The notes beneath the pieces are model-generated. The model was not told the DNA's origin, did no database searches, and saw nothing but the letters and a program-made list of their open reading frames with translations. 34,421 nt of DNA from Octopus bimaculoides (taxonomy: Eukaryota). Location of the stretch: positions 130,865,059-130,899,479 of the forward strand of contig NC_068981.1 in the NCBI RefSeq assembly GCF_001194135.2, in the 5' to 3' direction. The number at the start of each line of letters is the position of its first letter. Position 1 is the stretch's first letter. Positions 21,502 through 32,718 of this stretch are shown piece by piece. The translations under genes were made by a program, and so were the position numbers.

Positions 21502-21693
21502 GTTTTCTGTTTATAACCCTGAGAAAGCAGAATTTGGGGGAATGGGGATAGTCAATTACATCGCCCCGAGTACTCAAATGAATGAAAGGCAGAGTCAACC
21601 TCGGCGGAATCTGAGCTCAGAATGTGAAGACAGACGAAATGCTAAGCATTTTAACCGGCATGCTAATGTTTCGGCATCCCTCATTCGCCGCCT
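21502..21693 (-). mobile_element. SINE family A
   Basis: gaatgaaaggcagagtcaacctcggcggaatctgagctcagaatgtgaagacagacgaaatgctaagcatt...cgccgcctt. Confidence 0.85.
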
Positions 21694-22343
21694 TTCTATT
21701 GAAGAATAATGCAAATAAAATAACTTTTTAAAAAATCGACCAAAGTAAATAATGCTTTAAGAAATGGCAACAGTAATTCACCTGTGAGTGATTCCGTTAC
21801 TTCTACTTCGAGACTTAGCGAAATCCTTAAAAGTATTGTTGATGTTGTTTGAGGTTGGAACGCGAATAAGTTTCAAGAATTAAATATTTACTCTTTATCT
21901 GTGTCGATGCTCTGGACAGAAAATAAAAATGTTCAAATAATCAATACTCATTATCGAGATAACATTTCCATGCTATAACTAAGCAAATATTATTCTCTTA
22001 TCAAGCCATTGAGACAAACATTCATTGCTCTGAATATCTTCTGATATTTTGACACCAGTATTTTAGCTGGTTTCGTCGGTCGTCGTCGCTGTTTTATTTT
22101 TTTAATTTCTTCTCTTACTTTCACTTTCCCTATTCGAAATACACCTTAAGGACGACGAATATCTCACGAACAATATTCATTTAACCGTTGACCCTTCGAG
22201 CACCCAATTAATGGGGTAATGAATGACAATGTTCGATGAGTCTAAATTGCGATAAACTTCCATGCGTGGCAAGAACAGTGGACGTACTGGAATAAATGGC
22301 AAACTGGATTCTATTTTGGGCGTTGCAGTTTAGTCCTCATATT

Positions 22344-22452
22344 CTTTGCCTTTCATCCTTTCGGGTAGATAAATTAGGTACTAGAATCGATCTAATTGAC
22401 TGGCCTCCTCCCCCAAAATTTCGGGCCTTGTGCCTAGAGTGGAAAAGAATAT
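22344..22452 (+). mobile_element. SINE family A, 3' half
   Basis: ctttgcctttcatcctttcgggtagataaattaggtac...ggccttgtgcctagagtggaaaagaatatt. Confidence 0.85.
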
Positions 22453-22642
22453 TCTGGGAGGCTGAATCTGCAATGCTAGTTTATTCCTAGTCGAGTCATT
22501 TCATTGCACTTGCACTTCATAACTGAGGTGTTTCTTGCTATAGTCAACCGTAATTGAAAGGGGTTTGTTTGTCCTCAACACATCTCAAGTGGTTGTTCTA
22601 TAAACATTTGGAGATTATAGAACAATCAGCAAAAGTTTGTTA

Positions 22643-22980
22643 AAGGCTTGGCTGTGTGGTTAAGAAATTTGCTTTGTAAACCGTACAGTTTCAAGTTCAA
22701 TTACACCGCGTGTTTGTTTGGCCGAGTGAATTCTATCATAAGCTCTGATTGACCAATAACTTATGATTGGACGTTAAGAAAAGAAGGACATGTGGAAGCC
22801 CGTCGCAGGCATACGTACGTACACATAGCTTCATGTTGACCCATGTCTTGCAATTGATTTGGATAATTAGAAGCTGTATAGAATCCTGTCTGATGGACTG
22901 TACGTGTAATTCAACGACTCAGCCTTGACATATACGTGTCACACCAATTCTGCTTAAGAATTACGTTAACTGTACCAAAT
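22643..22980 (+). mobile_element. B-related SINE with a different tail (family D), degenerate
   Basis: tRNA-like head ttggctgtgtggttaagaa...tcaagttcaatt; tgtggaagcccgtcg; tail gtgtcac...aagaattacgttaa shared with 23478-23780. Confidence 0.65.
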
Positions 22981-23477
22981 ATAAGCTGATAATACTGAAC
23001 CATTTCTTACGCTTATTCTATGACTAGGCCGTGCAGATGATAGAACAACTTGACCTTATGAGTCGAAGTCGATGCGAGGCATCATCATCTTTTATTGATG
23101 TAAATCAGCAAAGAAACCAGTAACTTACGAACGAAATCTCTTGCAATATTCACTCTACACCGAATTATATTTCTTCGTCACACTTACTTCTGAATATGCA
23201 GCGAGCCAGTGAATAGCTCATCTGAAACTTGTAACTAACGACGCTATTGTTCACAAATTACGTTATAAAATAATTAACAAATAATTACAATAAACATTCT
23301 GGGTCAGAATTAAGATCAGGATCTAATATTACAATCTGAATGAATATGGCGTCAGGTTGACAACGAAAATGGCTTCCTGTTTTATTACCCTAGCACATCA
23401 GAGAACCCGAAGCTTGCATTGCAGCTTAACGAGCGCTCATTAATTATATAGTATTCCTGTCAGTTATAGCAGTGTGT

Positions 23478-23780
23478 TAGATGAGCGGTATGGCTGAACG
23501 CTTAATCACAAAAACCCCGGTTCGAATCTACCGGATGTCATCTTGGATACGTGGATATAATCATTTCCTAAAGCCTCGAGTTAATCTATGCCTTGGAAGC
23601 AATACTGGGTAGACGGAAACTCTGTGGAAGCCCGCTCGATAGAATGTACCAGTAGCCACATAATGTCACGGTCATTCCACCTGAGATTTACGTTAAGGAT
23701 ACACTTATCTGGTGAATACTCTGCCATTTACCCGGTAAGTTAATGAGCTGGGTAGTTCACATGGTTGAGAAACTGATAAC
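23478..23780 (+). mobile_element. B-related SINE (family D), degenerate
   Basis: ccggttcgaatct (B-box), gggtagacggaaactctgtggaagcccg, tgtcacggtcattccacctgagatttacgttaagg. Confidence 0.65.
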
Positions 23781-24439
23781 TGATAATTCTGTTCGAGATC
23801 CGTTTCTTGCTATGCGTTGTTGTTAAGAGCTTAATGCAATGCTAGTGACGTTATACAACACCTATCATCTCTTAGTTATTTTTGTTTAACAAGTTAATGA
23901 ATTTATAAAAGCATCTAAATATGAAACATCATGAAAATTGTTCAAACTGAAGTCCTTGAGCGACACATTTTTCCATTCGAGTCAATACAGAATCATAGAT
24001 AGTATTTATGGAATTATGACTTACTGTCGCCTACACACAAGAACATCTCGGTTAACACAGTTTCTAATTTAATAGCAAATCCAAATTAAGCAAAGCAAAT
24101 CTCGATTAACACGACAATATTTTCAAATACTGCGTGGAAAATTGCCTTGTAATGAAGTAACCGTAACTGTGAGCGCATAGTGCAGTCTACTCTTGTCACT
24201 CGACACAGTCTCTAAACAACTATCTGGAGCTAATTTTACGAGTTAATATGATTATGAACTTCCTGCTGCAATGTGGTTTTCACTTATACATTTTTTAAAA
24301 TTTATTTTTGTAAATACGATGTATTGTAAGTTCCGTGTTTCTTGAAATAATTGTGTTGCTCCACTTTATCAAAATATAATACACGCTTCAGCCTTAATGG
24401 TTGTGGATACAGAAAGACTAATGAGAAAAATTCAGGTGC

Positions 24440-24885
24440 TAGGAAGAAAAAAAGTGCTAACTCTAGATGATAAATAAACTAGAGGTTATAAAGAGATAAC
24501 AATGTGGGTGACAGCAAAGCAAAAATTGTGCGAGACTTTAGAATGAATAAAGCAACAATAGGAATAGTTATAAGAAAGATAAACGACTCTGAGGAAAGAG
24601 CGTAAAGCTGTATCAACTTCATGTAAACTGACAAGAAACAGAAGTAGTATAAAATGTAGCGTCTTTTGTTTTTGTGGATGAGAGATAGCAGTCAGAAAAG
24701 ACATCCCTCAAGCATGATGGCTATTAAAATGAAAGATTTAGTTATCTTCTCCACAATTAGAGAAAATGTAACGGAAGGAAACAAGATTCGAGCTGAAACT
24801 AAAAAGAAACGATTACATTTAGTTCTGGTTGATTTGCGAAGTTAAACTCAAGCTCTTAAGGCAACAAGTGTAGACAAAATACAGC
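24440..24885 (+). pseudogene. pogo/Tigger transposase N-terminal remnant (CENP-B-type HTH domains)
   Basis: With frameshifts: RKKKVLTLDDK/LEVIKR*QC/GDSKAKIVRDFRMNKATIGIVIRK ... KLTRNRSSI/KM*RLLFLWMRDSSQKRHPSSMMAIKMK ... FSSG*FAKL. These resemble Tigger LTLEEKLEVIKR, MERLLxxWIED and FxASxGWF. Confidence 0.75.
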
Positions 24886-24910
24886 GCAGAGATAACCAGT
24901 GTACTGAAAA

Positions 24911-24926
24911 TGACAACAATAACAGC

Positions 24927-25016
<90 letters not shown>
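24911..25016. repeat. (AAT)n microsatellite running into N-gap 25017-25665
   Basis: Directly visible. Confidence 0.98.
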
Positions 25017-25665
25017 NNNNNNNNNNNNNNNNNNNNNNNNNNNNNNNNNNNNNNNNNNNNNNNNNNNNNNNNNNNNNNNNNNNNNNNNNNNNNNNNNNNN
25101 NNNNNNNNNNNNNNNNNNNNNNNNNNNNNNNNNNNNNNNNNNNNNNNNNNNNNNNNNNNNNNNNNNNNNNNNNNNNNNNNNNNNNNNNNNNNNNNNNNNN
25201 NNNNNNNNNNNNNNNNNNNNNNNNNNNNNNNNNNNNNNNNNNNNNNNNNNNNNNNNNNNNNNNNNNNNNNNNNNNNNNNNNNNNNNNNNNNNNNNNNNNN
25301 NNNNNNNNNNNNNNNNNNNNNNNNNNNNNNNNNNNNNNNNNNNNNNNNNNNNNNNNNNNNNNNNNNNNNNNNNNNNNNNNNNNNNNNNNNNNNNNNNNNN
25401 NNNNNNNNNNNNNNNNNNNNNNNNNNNNNNNNNNNNNNNNNNNNNNNNNNNNNNNNNNNNNNNNNNNNNNNNNNNNNNNNNNNNNNNNNNNNNNNNNNNN
25501 NNNNNNNNNNNNNNNNNNNNNNNNNNNNNNNNNNNNNNNNNNNNNNNNNNNNNNNNNNNNNNNNNNNNNNNNNNNNNNNNNNNNNNNNNNNNNNNNNNNN
25601 NNNNNNNNNNNNNNNNNNNNNNNNNNNNNNNNNNNNNNNNNNNNNNNNNNNNNNNNNNNNNNNNN

Positions 25666-25699
25666 AAGTGAAAGCACGTTATAAAAATAAAACTACTGA
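25666..25699 (+). mobile_element. 3' terminus of an R4/Dong-clade element (family X, copy 1) with (AAT)n tail; remainder in the gap
   Basis: aagtgaaagcacgttataaaaataaaactactga is identical to 25851-25884. Confidence 0.8.
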
Positions 25700-25716
25700 A
25701 TAATAATAATAATAAT

Positions 25717-25884
25717 ATATAACATACAGAAAATTGCACTACTGGGTACTGAACACATTCTACGCAAAACACTTTCAATACAGTAAACATAAGAGCACCA
25801 CAGCAAACCACAGCACATACCCAAGGCGCACAGAGCTGCGCTCGGTAGTGAAGTGAAAGCACGTTATAAAAATAAAACTACTGA
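25717..25884 (+). mobile_element. 5'-truncated R4/Dong-clade element (family X, copy 2)
   Basis: YNIQKIALLGTEHILRKTLSIQ* (25718-25786) is the QKxALLGTAxILR C-terminal motif of R4/Dong endonucleases; it is followed by the 3' UTR and (AAT)n. Confidence 0.9.
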
Positions 25885-25918
25885 ACAATAATAATAATAA
25901 TAATAATAATGATAATAA

Positions 25919-26151
25919 CATTGGAGCATTGGGTTCAATACCACCCAATTTGAAAAAAATATCTGAAAACCTTAGAAATACCCTACAATGTAGATGTATT
26001 GCAAACGTCGGCATTACTTGGAACTGCACACATATTGCGTAAAGTACTACCTGTCTGAGGTCCTTGTTGTAACTTGACAAACAGTACAAACACCCCGTAG
26101 ATACAATATCTTCAATAAACAAACTCGCGATATTGTATACTATGCGACGTC

Positions 26152-26152
<1 letters not shown>
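25919..26152 (+). mobile_element. 5'-truncated R4/Dong-clade element (family Y)
   Basis: IGALGSIPPNLKK/YLKTLEIPYNVDVLQTSALLGTAHILRKVLPV* (25920-26058, +1 frameshift in an A7 run), a 3' UTR unrelated to family X, then (AAT)n. Confidence 0.9.
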
Positions 26153-26244
<92 letters not shown>

Positions 26245-26277
26245 AATAATGATGATGATGATGATGATGATGATAAT
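26153..26277. repeat. (AAT)n changing to (GAT)n microsatellite
   Basis: AAT to ~26214, then GAT with a short AAT island. Confidence 0.98.
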
Positions 26278-26399
26278 TGCTATGGTTATGGAGGCGACTC
26301 AATGCAAGCACGTTATTTTGTATATATGTATATGTACATACATGTGTACGTGTATGTACAAATAAAGAGAGGAAAGGAGAAATGGGATCTCAATAACAA

Positions 26400-27324
26400 C
26401 TCTAGTGGGAACCCCACGAACGACTCATGAAATCATGATGTAAAAACAATGAAAGAATTAACGGCGAGAATGGAACTATAGCCGATCATGGTGAAAGTTT
26501 CCCGCCAGGCATGTCTGAAACCGCTCACATCAGTGGCAATGATCTGGCTCCGGACGGTCGTTATGTCACAACAGATCACATACACAGTGTGCGCAAAAAC
26601 AGACATAAGTGGACGAAGGAAGAGTACGATACACTTATTGAATGTCATGAAACAGCAAAGCCGGAAAGAAGTCGCGGAGTAGGCCGACGTACTTTGAGAT
26701 TTTGGATGGAAAAGGACATGTATCCAATGTCAGAAAATAAACTAATGAACCAAGTGAGAGTGATTAGGAGGAAGGGTTACTTAACTGGAGTAGAAATATC
26801 TCGGATTAGTGACCCTGCGGATGGGCTACAAAAGAGGATCGGAGTTGAAAGCAGAGAGAAGAGTAGACAGGAGGAACAGGGAAATGGTGATGGGTCTGTT
26901 AATGATGAGGAACAGGAATGTTATACAGTGAAGTCTGATACTGTGGTGGGTGGTCATGCAAGAGAAAAGAACCAACTAGATAATGAATTGCTTGAAATTC
27001 AAGGACGACTCACCGACTTGATGAATGCTCCAGAAGAAAAAATCCTCATGAATATGAGAAGAATAGACAGGAGTATGAGAAATAAAGTAACACAAAAGAT
27101 AAATACTGTCATACCGTACGTCCAGACAGAGGACATAACACAAACAAGGAATCTTCTCCGAGCTATTGCGCTACTTGTTGAGGAGAAATTACAACTTAAG
27201 AGAACAAAAAAAAGAACCGTGATGGAAACGACGCATTGAAAGGGACATAATGCGGGCAAAGCAAGATCTAGGAAAAATTGAGCAATGGTTGAGATGATAC
27301 TGGAAAAATGGGGAAAAGATCGAC
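26400..27324 (+). mobile_element. 5' part of an R4/Dong-clade retrotransposon ORF (N-terminal domain; RT absent), pseudogenised
   Basis: ORF 26511-27239, extendable to ATG 26427 through one stop: RHKWTKEEYDTLIECH...RGVGRRTLRFW...SENKLMNQVRVIRRKGYLTGVEISRI, then KINTVIPYVQTEDITQTRNLL, and after a frameshift EP*WKRRIERDIMRAKQDLGKIEQW (PxWKRR motif). This is the characteristic R4/Dong N-terminal pattern. Confidence 0.85.
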
Positions 27325-27547
27325 CGATTCTGCCAGCCCGCTGCCTTCAATGATGAAATAAATTTTTCAAATTTTGGCACAAGGCCAGCAATTTTTTTAA
27401 GGATGGGGTTTAGTTTAATCGATTACATTGACCCCGGTGATCAACTGGTACTTATTTCATCGGTTCCGAAAAGATGAAGGGCCAAATCAACATCGGCGGA
27501 CGAAATACAGCTAAGGGGCTGTTAACTATTCTGCCAGTTCACTGCAT
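27325..27547 (-). mobile_element. SINE family A head stub (27325-27347) plus a near-complete A copy (27362-27547)
   Basis: cgattctgccagcccgctgcctt; aaattttggcacaaggccagc...caactggtacttatttcatcg...ctattctgccag. Confidence 0.85.
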
Positions 27548-27707
27548 TCGATGAAATAAATAAAAGAAATGTTCAAGATCTGCTTAATACGTCCCCGGTG
27601 AAATTTACTGATTGTGATATCTTTAATCTGGATTAGCAGTGTTCATAGGAGTAAGGAGGATAATCAGCAAGTTGCTATTGAAAGTGAACCTTAAATCATA
27701 AGAATTT

Positions 27708-27799
27708 AAGAAATTAATAATGAAGAAATTAATAATGAAGAAATTAATAATGAAGAAATTAATAATGAAGAAATTAATAATGAAGAAATTAATAATGAA
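27708..27799 (+). repeat. Perfect minisatellite of 6 x 15 bp (AAGAAATTAATAATG)
   Basis: Directly visible. Confidence 0.97.
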
Positions 27800-28449
27800 T
27801 ATCAGATCCAACTAATAACTTTGATGCTATAAGCAGATGTACCTACAATACTTTCAAAAAAAGATGCCATTAATAGAACACAACTCGAAAATTTACGTGA
27901 AGAAATAATATTGATCGTTTAGCAAAATCTATGAATTGCTCATATTCGTAAATAGGAAACAAGATCTGCTATTTGAAATCAATTCGGAAATTCAGTAACA
28001 TAAAAGAAACCTTCTCAATTAAAAGTGATGTTTATCGGAGTCGGTGACAGTAACGCATGTAAGAGATTCTGCGCAAACTAAGATTGCGTCTAAAGTAATT
28101 TCCATTGGTTGCATGTTTCACGTCATTTAAAAGGTATAATGGTAATATTCTATTCCCCTTGCTTGTAGGATTTGAAAGAAATTATTATATTAATGCTTTT
28201 TATGGAGTTCTCTTCTAAATCAAATCCACCAGCTCGCTCTTCTTAAGTGTCTTTCCACTTTCTGTAACCCTTTCACTCAAAGGCGTTTTGCTAAAGACCC
28301 TTTTGCATGTTTTGCAAACTTTCCAACAGACTATTTCAATCAGAAGGAAACCAATTTTGCGTTCTGTTGTTGCATGAACTTGTGCCACCTGTGTTATATT
28401 TTTGAGGATGATACTAATGATAGCAAGAACTTCTTATATAAAGGTTTCA

Positions 28450-28607
28450 CATTTTGGCATAGGGCCAGTAGGTTTTGAGGGGAGGGGGAAATCGATTACA
28501 TCGACACCAGTACATGACTGATATTTGTTTTATCAACGTCTCAAAGGATGAAATGCAAACTCGGCGGAATTTGAACTCAGAACGTAAAGACAGACGAAAT
28601 GCAGCTT
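28450..28607 (-). mobile_element. SINE family A, head truncated
   Basis: ttttggcatagggccag...atcgattacatcgacaccag...cggcggaatttgaactcagaacgtaaagacagacgaaat. Confidence 0.85.
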
Positions 28608-30385
28608 CTTATGTAATGAAATTACATTAGACCTTTTTGCATAATCAATCCTGCTTTCTGCTCACTTTACTTCTCATTTTCTGATCTTGGCAAAGATTAT
28701 TTTTGGAAACGTATTTAAAATACAAAGATTTTATCTGGCTTAAATATTTTACTTCTAAGAAAAATCGTGATCTACCCTACTACATACTAAACATTCAGCA
28801 CTCTCATGATATTTGCTCTTCCCCTTCTGAGCTCACAACGACAACAAAAGTGGTGGGGTACAGCCCAGGTCATGAACCAATGCTATTTAATTTAAAATAT
28901 CTGTCAATATCTGTCGCCAATCGACATTTATAAACAGAATAAACATATGTTCTCTTAACTTAATTAACAATTCCTATAAGAATTTTTTCTTCTCTTTTTA
29001 GTATTTGTTTTCTGTGTCATTTGTTTTCTCTGACAACCATATTGCCATTCTTATCGAACGTTTTTTAAATGCCTCCTACTGAACTAAAGTTTTTTCCTTT
29101 AGCAGTTGTACTATTTTTGACAAATTTTGTGACTGTAAAATTGTTTTATCTGTTGAGACAATTATTTTTACCGAGCCATGCCAGAGGAATCTCTTATGGC
29201 AAGAATGTATCATCAAAATAGCTTTTCTATGGCCTTTTATCCCTGTCTGTCTCCAAATAGCATTATACTGATAACATCTCAAGTTTGCGTTTCTCTGATT
29301 AATATCCCAGTGCTTATATTTTCATACAGTCTTACTAATTGAAGCAATTAATCTTCCAATATGACACATGAAGAACACTGAACTTCTAGATACTTCTAAC
29401 CACTGGTAAAAATCCAAGATGACTGAAAACAGAGAAGCAGTATTTCGTATTGACAACATACTCCAAAGTACATGACATATAACGTGATTAAGATATTGTC
29501 GAACATTCGACAAAGTTGAGTCGTTAAAAGTGGGTTAGATTTTAATTGGCTATGTCTATCAGAATATGTTGCAGGAGTGCCACACGTCTGGCGTCCGATG
29601 TCTGCATTCGATGTTTAGGACAGGAACACAATTGTAAGCATTTGGAAAGTCTGACATAACTATCCCTTATGCTATTTACAAAACTATTTGCACAGCCCAT
29701 CCTCCCTGTCTATTCTTACATCGTTTCCATTTATAGAATATTAAATTACTTGTATATTTGTATTCATATTTAAATGAAACATTTGATAACAGACTGTCTG
29801 TGAATGCATTTTCACTAGGTTTCATTTAGTCATTCTGAATACAGTTTATTATGTCATAGATGTGCTAATCTACTGAATAAAGGTTGTCTTTATTGAAGAA
29901 CAAACAACACACTTTTCTGTGATAACTCTTAATAACTTTCACTGAAGGGCATAAAATATATGTAACGATGAAACCTCTTTTTGTGAAAATTTAGCATTAG
30001 TCAAACATTCTATATTTTAGTAAATGCTTAAAAAAAAATTTTCAACATTGTCTGGTCTATTGTTTTTAATAGAAATCTTTAACATGACAAATTACAACTG
30101 TCATACATATTTTCAGTTTGTAATGTTTTGTTATCTACACTGGCATTTTCCTTGTGAATATTTTCCAAATATTTGATCACTCCTGTAATAAACTACCGCT
30201 ACCTGACTTAAATACCATCACAGCCTTTCATACTATAAACTTTTCATAGAAACAGCGTACAGTAGAGCACCACTACAGTGTCTACTAGTTCGCATATGGT
30301 ACCTGGTTCCTAATAAAGAATAATAAAAATCGAAACTGATGTCAAGGGCACTAAGCTTCTTTATCGACTCTTTATAATCTAATAT

Positions 30386-30611
30386 CTTTTATCTTTTGCT
30401 TGTTTTAGTCATTAGACTGCGGCCATGATGGGGTACCGCTTTGAAGAATTTTTAGTCGAATTTTTTTCTTTTATAAGCCTAGTACTTATTCTATCGGGCT
30501 CTTTTGCAGAACCGCTAATTTACGGGAACGTAAACACACTAACACAGGCTTTCAAGTGGTGGTGGAGACAAACACAGACACAATGACACACACAAACGCG
30601 CGCGCGCGCGT

Positions 30612-30659
<48 letters not shown>

Positions 30660-30844
30660 NNNNNNNNNNNNNNNNNNNNNNNNNNNNNNNNNNNNNNNNN
30701 NNNNNNNNNNNNNNNNNNNNNNNNNNNNNNNNNNNNNNNNNNNNNNNNNNNNNNNNNNNNNNNNNNNNNNNNNNNNNNNNNNNNNNNNNNNNNNNNNNNN
30801 NNNNNNNNNNNNNNNNNNNNNNNNNNNNNNNNNNNNNNNNNNNN

Positions 30845-30878
<34 letters not shown>

Positions 30879-31026
30879 GACGTCTTCTTTCAGTTTCTAT
30901 TTCTCAAATCCATTCACAAGGCTTTGGTCAGCCTGTGGTTTATATCTGGAGACACTTGCCCAAGGTGCCACGCAGTGGGACTGAATCTGGAACCATGTGG
31001 TTGGGAAGCAAGCTTCTTACCACACA
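30386..31026 (-). mobile_element. SINE family B with internal microsatellite and N-gap (30660-30844)
   Basis: Tail at 30386-30585; 5' half at 30877-31026 including gacacttgcccaaggtgccacgcagtgggactgaa...cttcttaccacaca. Confidence 0.9.
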
Positions 31027-31119
31027 ACAAAAGAAACTTTAATGAACATACGCAGACTTAATCTATCCCACTTACTATAATCTAATTTTTATTTGATAAA
31101 GTAATTTAGTGTATCTAAT

Positions 31120-31205
31120 TTGAGCAAGTGTCTTCTACTATAGTCTCGGGCCAACCAAAACCTTGTGAGTGGATTTGGTAGACGGAAACTGAAAGAAGCC
31201 TGTCA
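31120..31205 (+). mobile_element. SINE family B body fragment ending in (TA)n
   Basis: ttgagcaagtgtcttctactatagtctcgggcc...ggtagacggaaactgaaagaagcctgtc. Confidence 0.88.
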
Positions 31206-31221
31206 TATATATATAGAAGTG

Positions 31222-31660
31222 GATGCGTAGGAGTGGCTGTGTGGTAAGTAGCTTGCTTACCAACCACATGGTTCCGGGTTCAGTCCCACTGCGTGGCACC
31301 TTGTGCAAGTGTCTTCTACTATAGCCTCGGGTCGACCAAAGCCTTGTGAGTGGATTTGGTAGACNNNNNNNNNNNNNNNNNNNNNNNNNNNNNNNNNNNN
31401 NNNNNNNNNNNNNNNNNNNNNNNNNNNNNNNNNNNNNNNNNNNNNNNNNNNNNNNNNNNNNNNNNNNNNNNNNNNNNNNNNNNNNNNNNNNNNNNNNNNN
31501 NNNNNNNNNNNNNNNNNNNNNNNNNNNNNNNNNNNNNNNNNNNNNNNNNNNNNNNNNNNNNNNNNNNNNNNNNNNNNNNNNNNNNNNNNNNNNNNNNNNN
31601 NNNNNNNNNNNNNNNNNNNNNNNNNNNNNNNNNNNNNNNNNNNNNNNNNNNNNNNNNNNN

Positions 31661-31699
<39 letters not shown>

Positions 31700-31898
31700 A
31701 TGTTTGAGTGTCTGTGTTCGTCCTCCCAACATAGCTTGACTACCGATGCTGGTGTCTTTACGTCCCCGTAACGTAGCGGTTCGCCAAAGGAGACTGATAG
31801 AATAAGTACTAGGCTTACAAAGAATAAGTCCTGGAGTCGATTTGCTCGTCTAAAGGCGGTGCTCCAGCATGAAACAGTTAAAAGAATATAAAGAAGAG
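31222..31898 (+). mobile_element. SINE family B, full-length young-looking copy with intact Pol III boxes; N-gap at 31345-31660
   Basis: A box TGGCTGTGTGG (31234-31244), B box GGTTCAGTCC (31277-31286), (TG)n, and tail ...gataagaataagtactaggcttacaaagaataagtcc...gcggtgctccagcatg. Confidence 0.92.
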
Positions 31899-32644
31899 AA
31901 ATTATTTATTCTATTCGATTTAACTTACCCGAGATAGCCCATATCACAACAAATATTCAATTCCATGTTGAGATTATCAGAATTTAGGATCTAATAATTT
32001 AGAATCTGAAGAATTTCCACTTCAGTGCTGACTTGCCGCTGAACCAGCTTTCGATAAATTTTATTTCGATGAACTGTTTTCGATCAACGGTTCTCATATC
32101 TCTAAGTATATGTTTTGAAGAAGAGACCTTTCCAATGATCCTGCCAGCTCGCTGCCTTTCCATCAAAATATTGCCACGCCTTAACTGACAGGCGCGCTCA
32201 CCATGTTTGAAACATTGATCTTGTAGGTATTTAAACTGCAGAGTCGTTACGAAGTGACATTTTAAACGTACTTGTCTCTGCATTATTTAGACAGCTTCCT
32301 ATAAGAAACATTATTTATACTTGAATATAAACGTATACATCATCTCAGCCTTTAATCTCTTTTTTTTTTTCCTTCATTTTACTCAGTAAAAAATACAGTA
32401 ATAAAATGTATTTTCTGCTTTAAGTGACAAGCCTTTCATTGTCTGAATGTATCTATTTCCGGTTCTGAAATGGCGTTCTGCAGACTGGGGTGACATGTCC
32501 TTTTATATTCGTTCCTTTGCAGTCAAATAAAACCGTGATTTAAAGATCTCCATGTACCTCATAATGTGATGAACGTTTTCAATGTTTCATCCCATATCTA
32601 TCTACTTTCTTACTTTTGGAAAAATATTTTCACATTACTGGATA

Positions 32645-32718
32645 GTAATGTTGATCAAGTAATGTTGATCAAGTAATGTTGATCAAGTAATGTTGATCAA
32701 GTAATGTTGATCAAGTAA
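32645..32718 (+). repeat. Perfect minisatellite of 5 x 14 bp (GTAATGTTGATCAA)
   Basis: Directly visible; each unit contains the palindrome TTGATCAA. Confidence 0.97.

Noticed and set aside
25775-26311. 178-aa minus-strand ORF with poly-His and poly-Tyr
   Set aside because: Antisense reading of (GAT)n/(AAT)n and the R4/Dong 3' ends.
31222-31300. tRNA gene (A and B boxes present)
   Set aside because: It continues directly into SINE body and tail and has many diverged paralogues in the window; I could not fold a proper cloverleaf. It is a SINE head.
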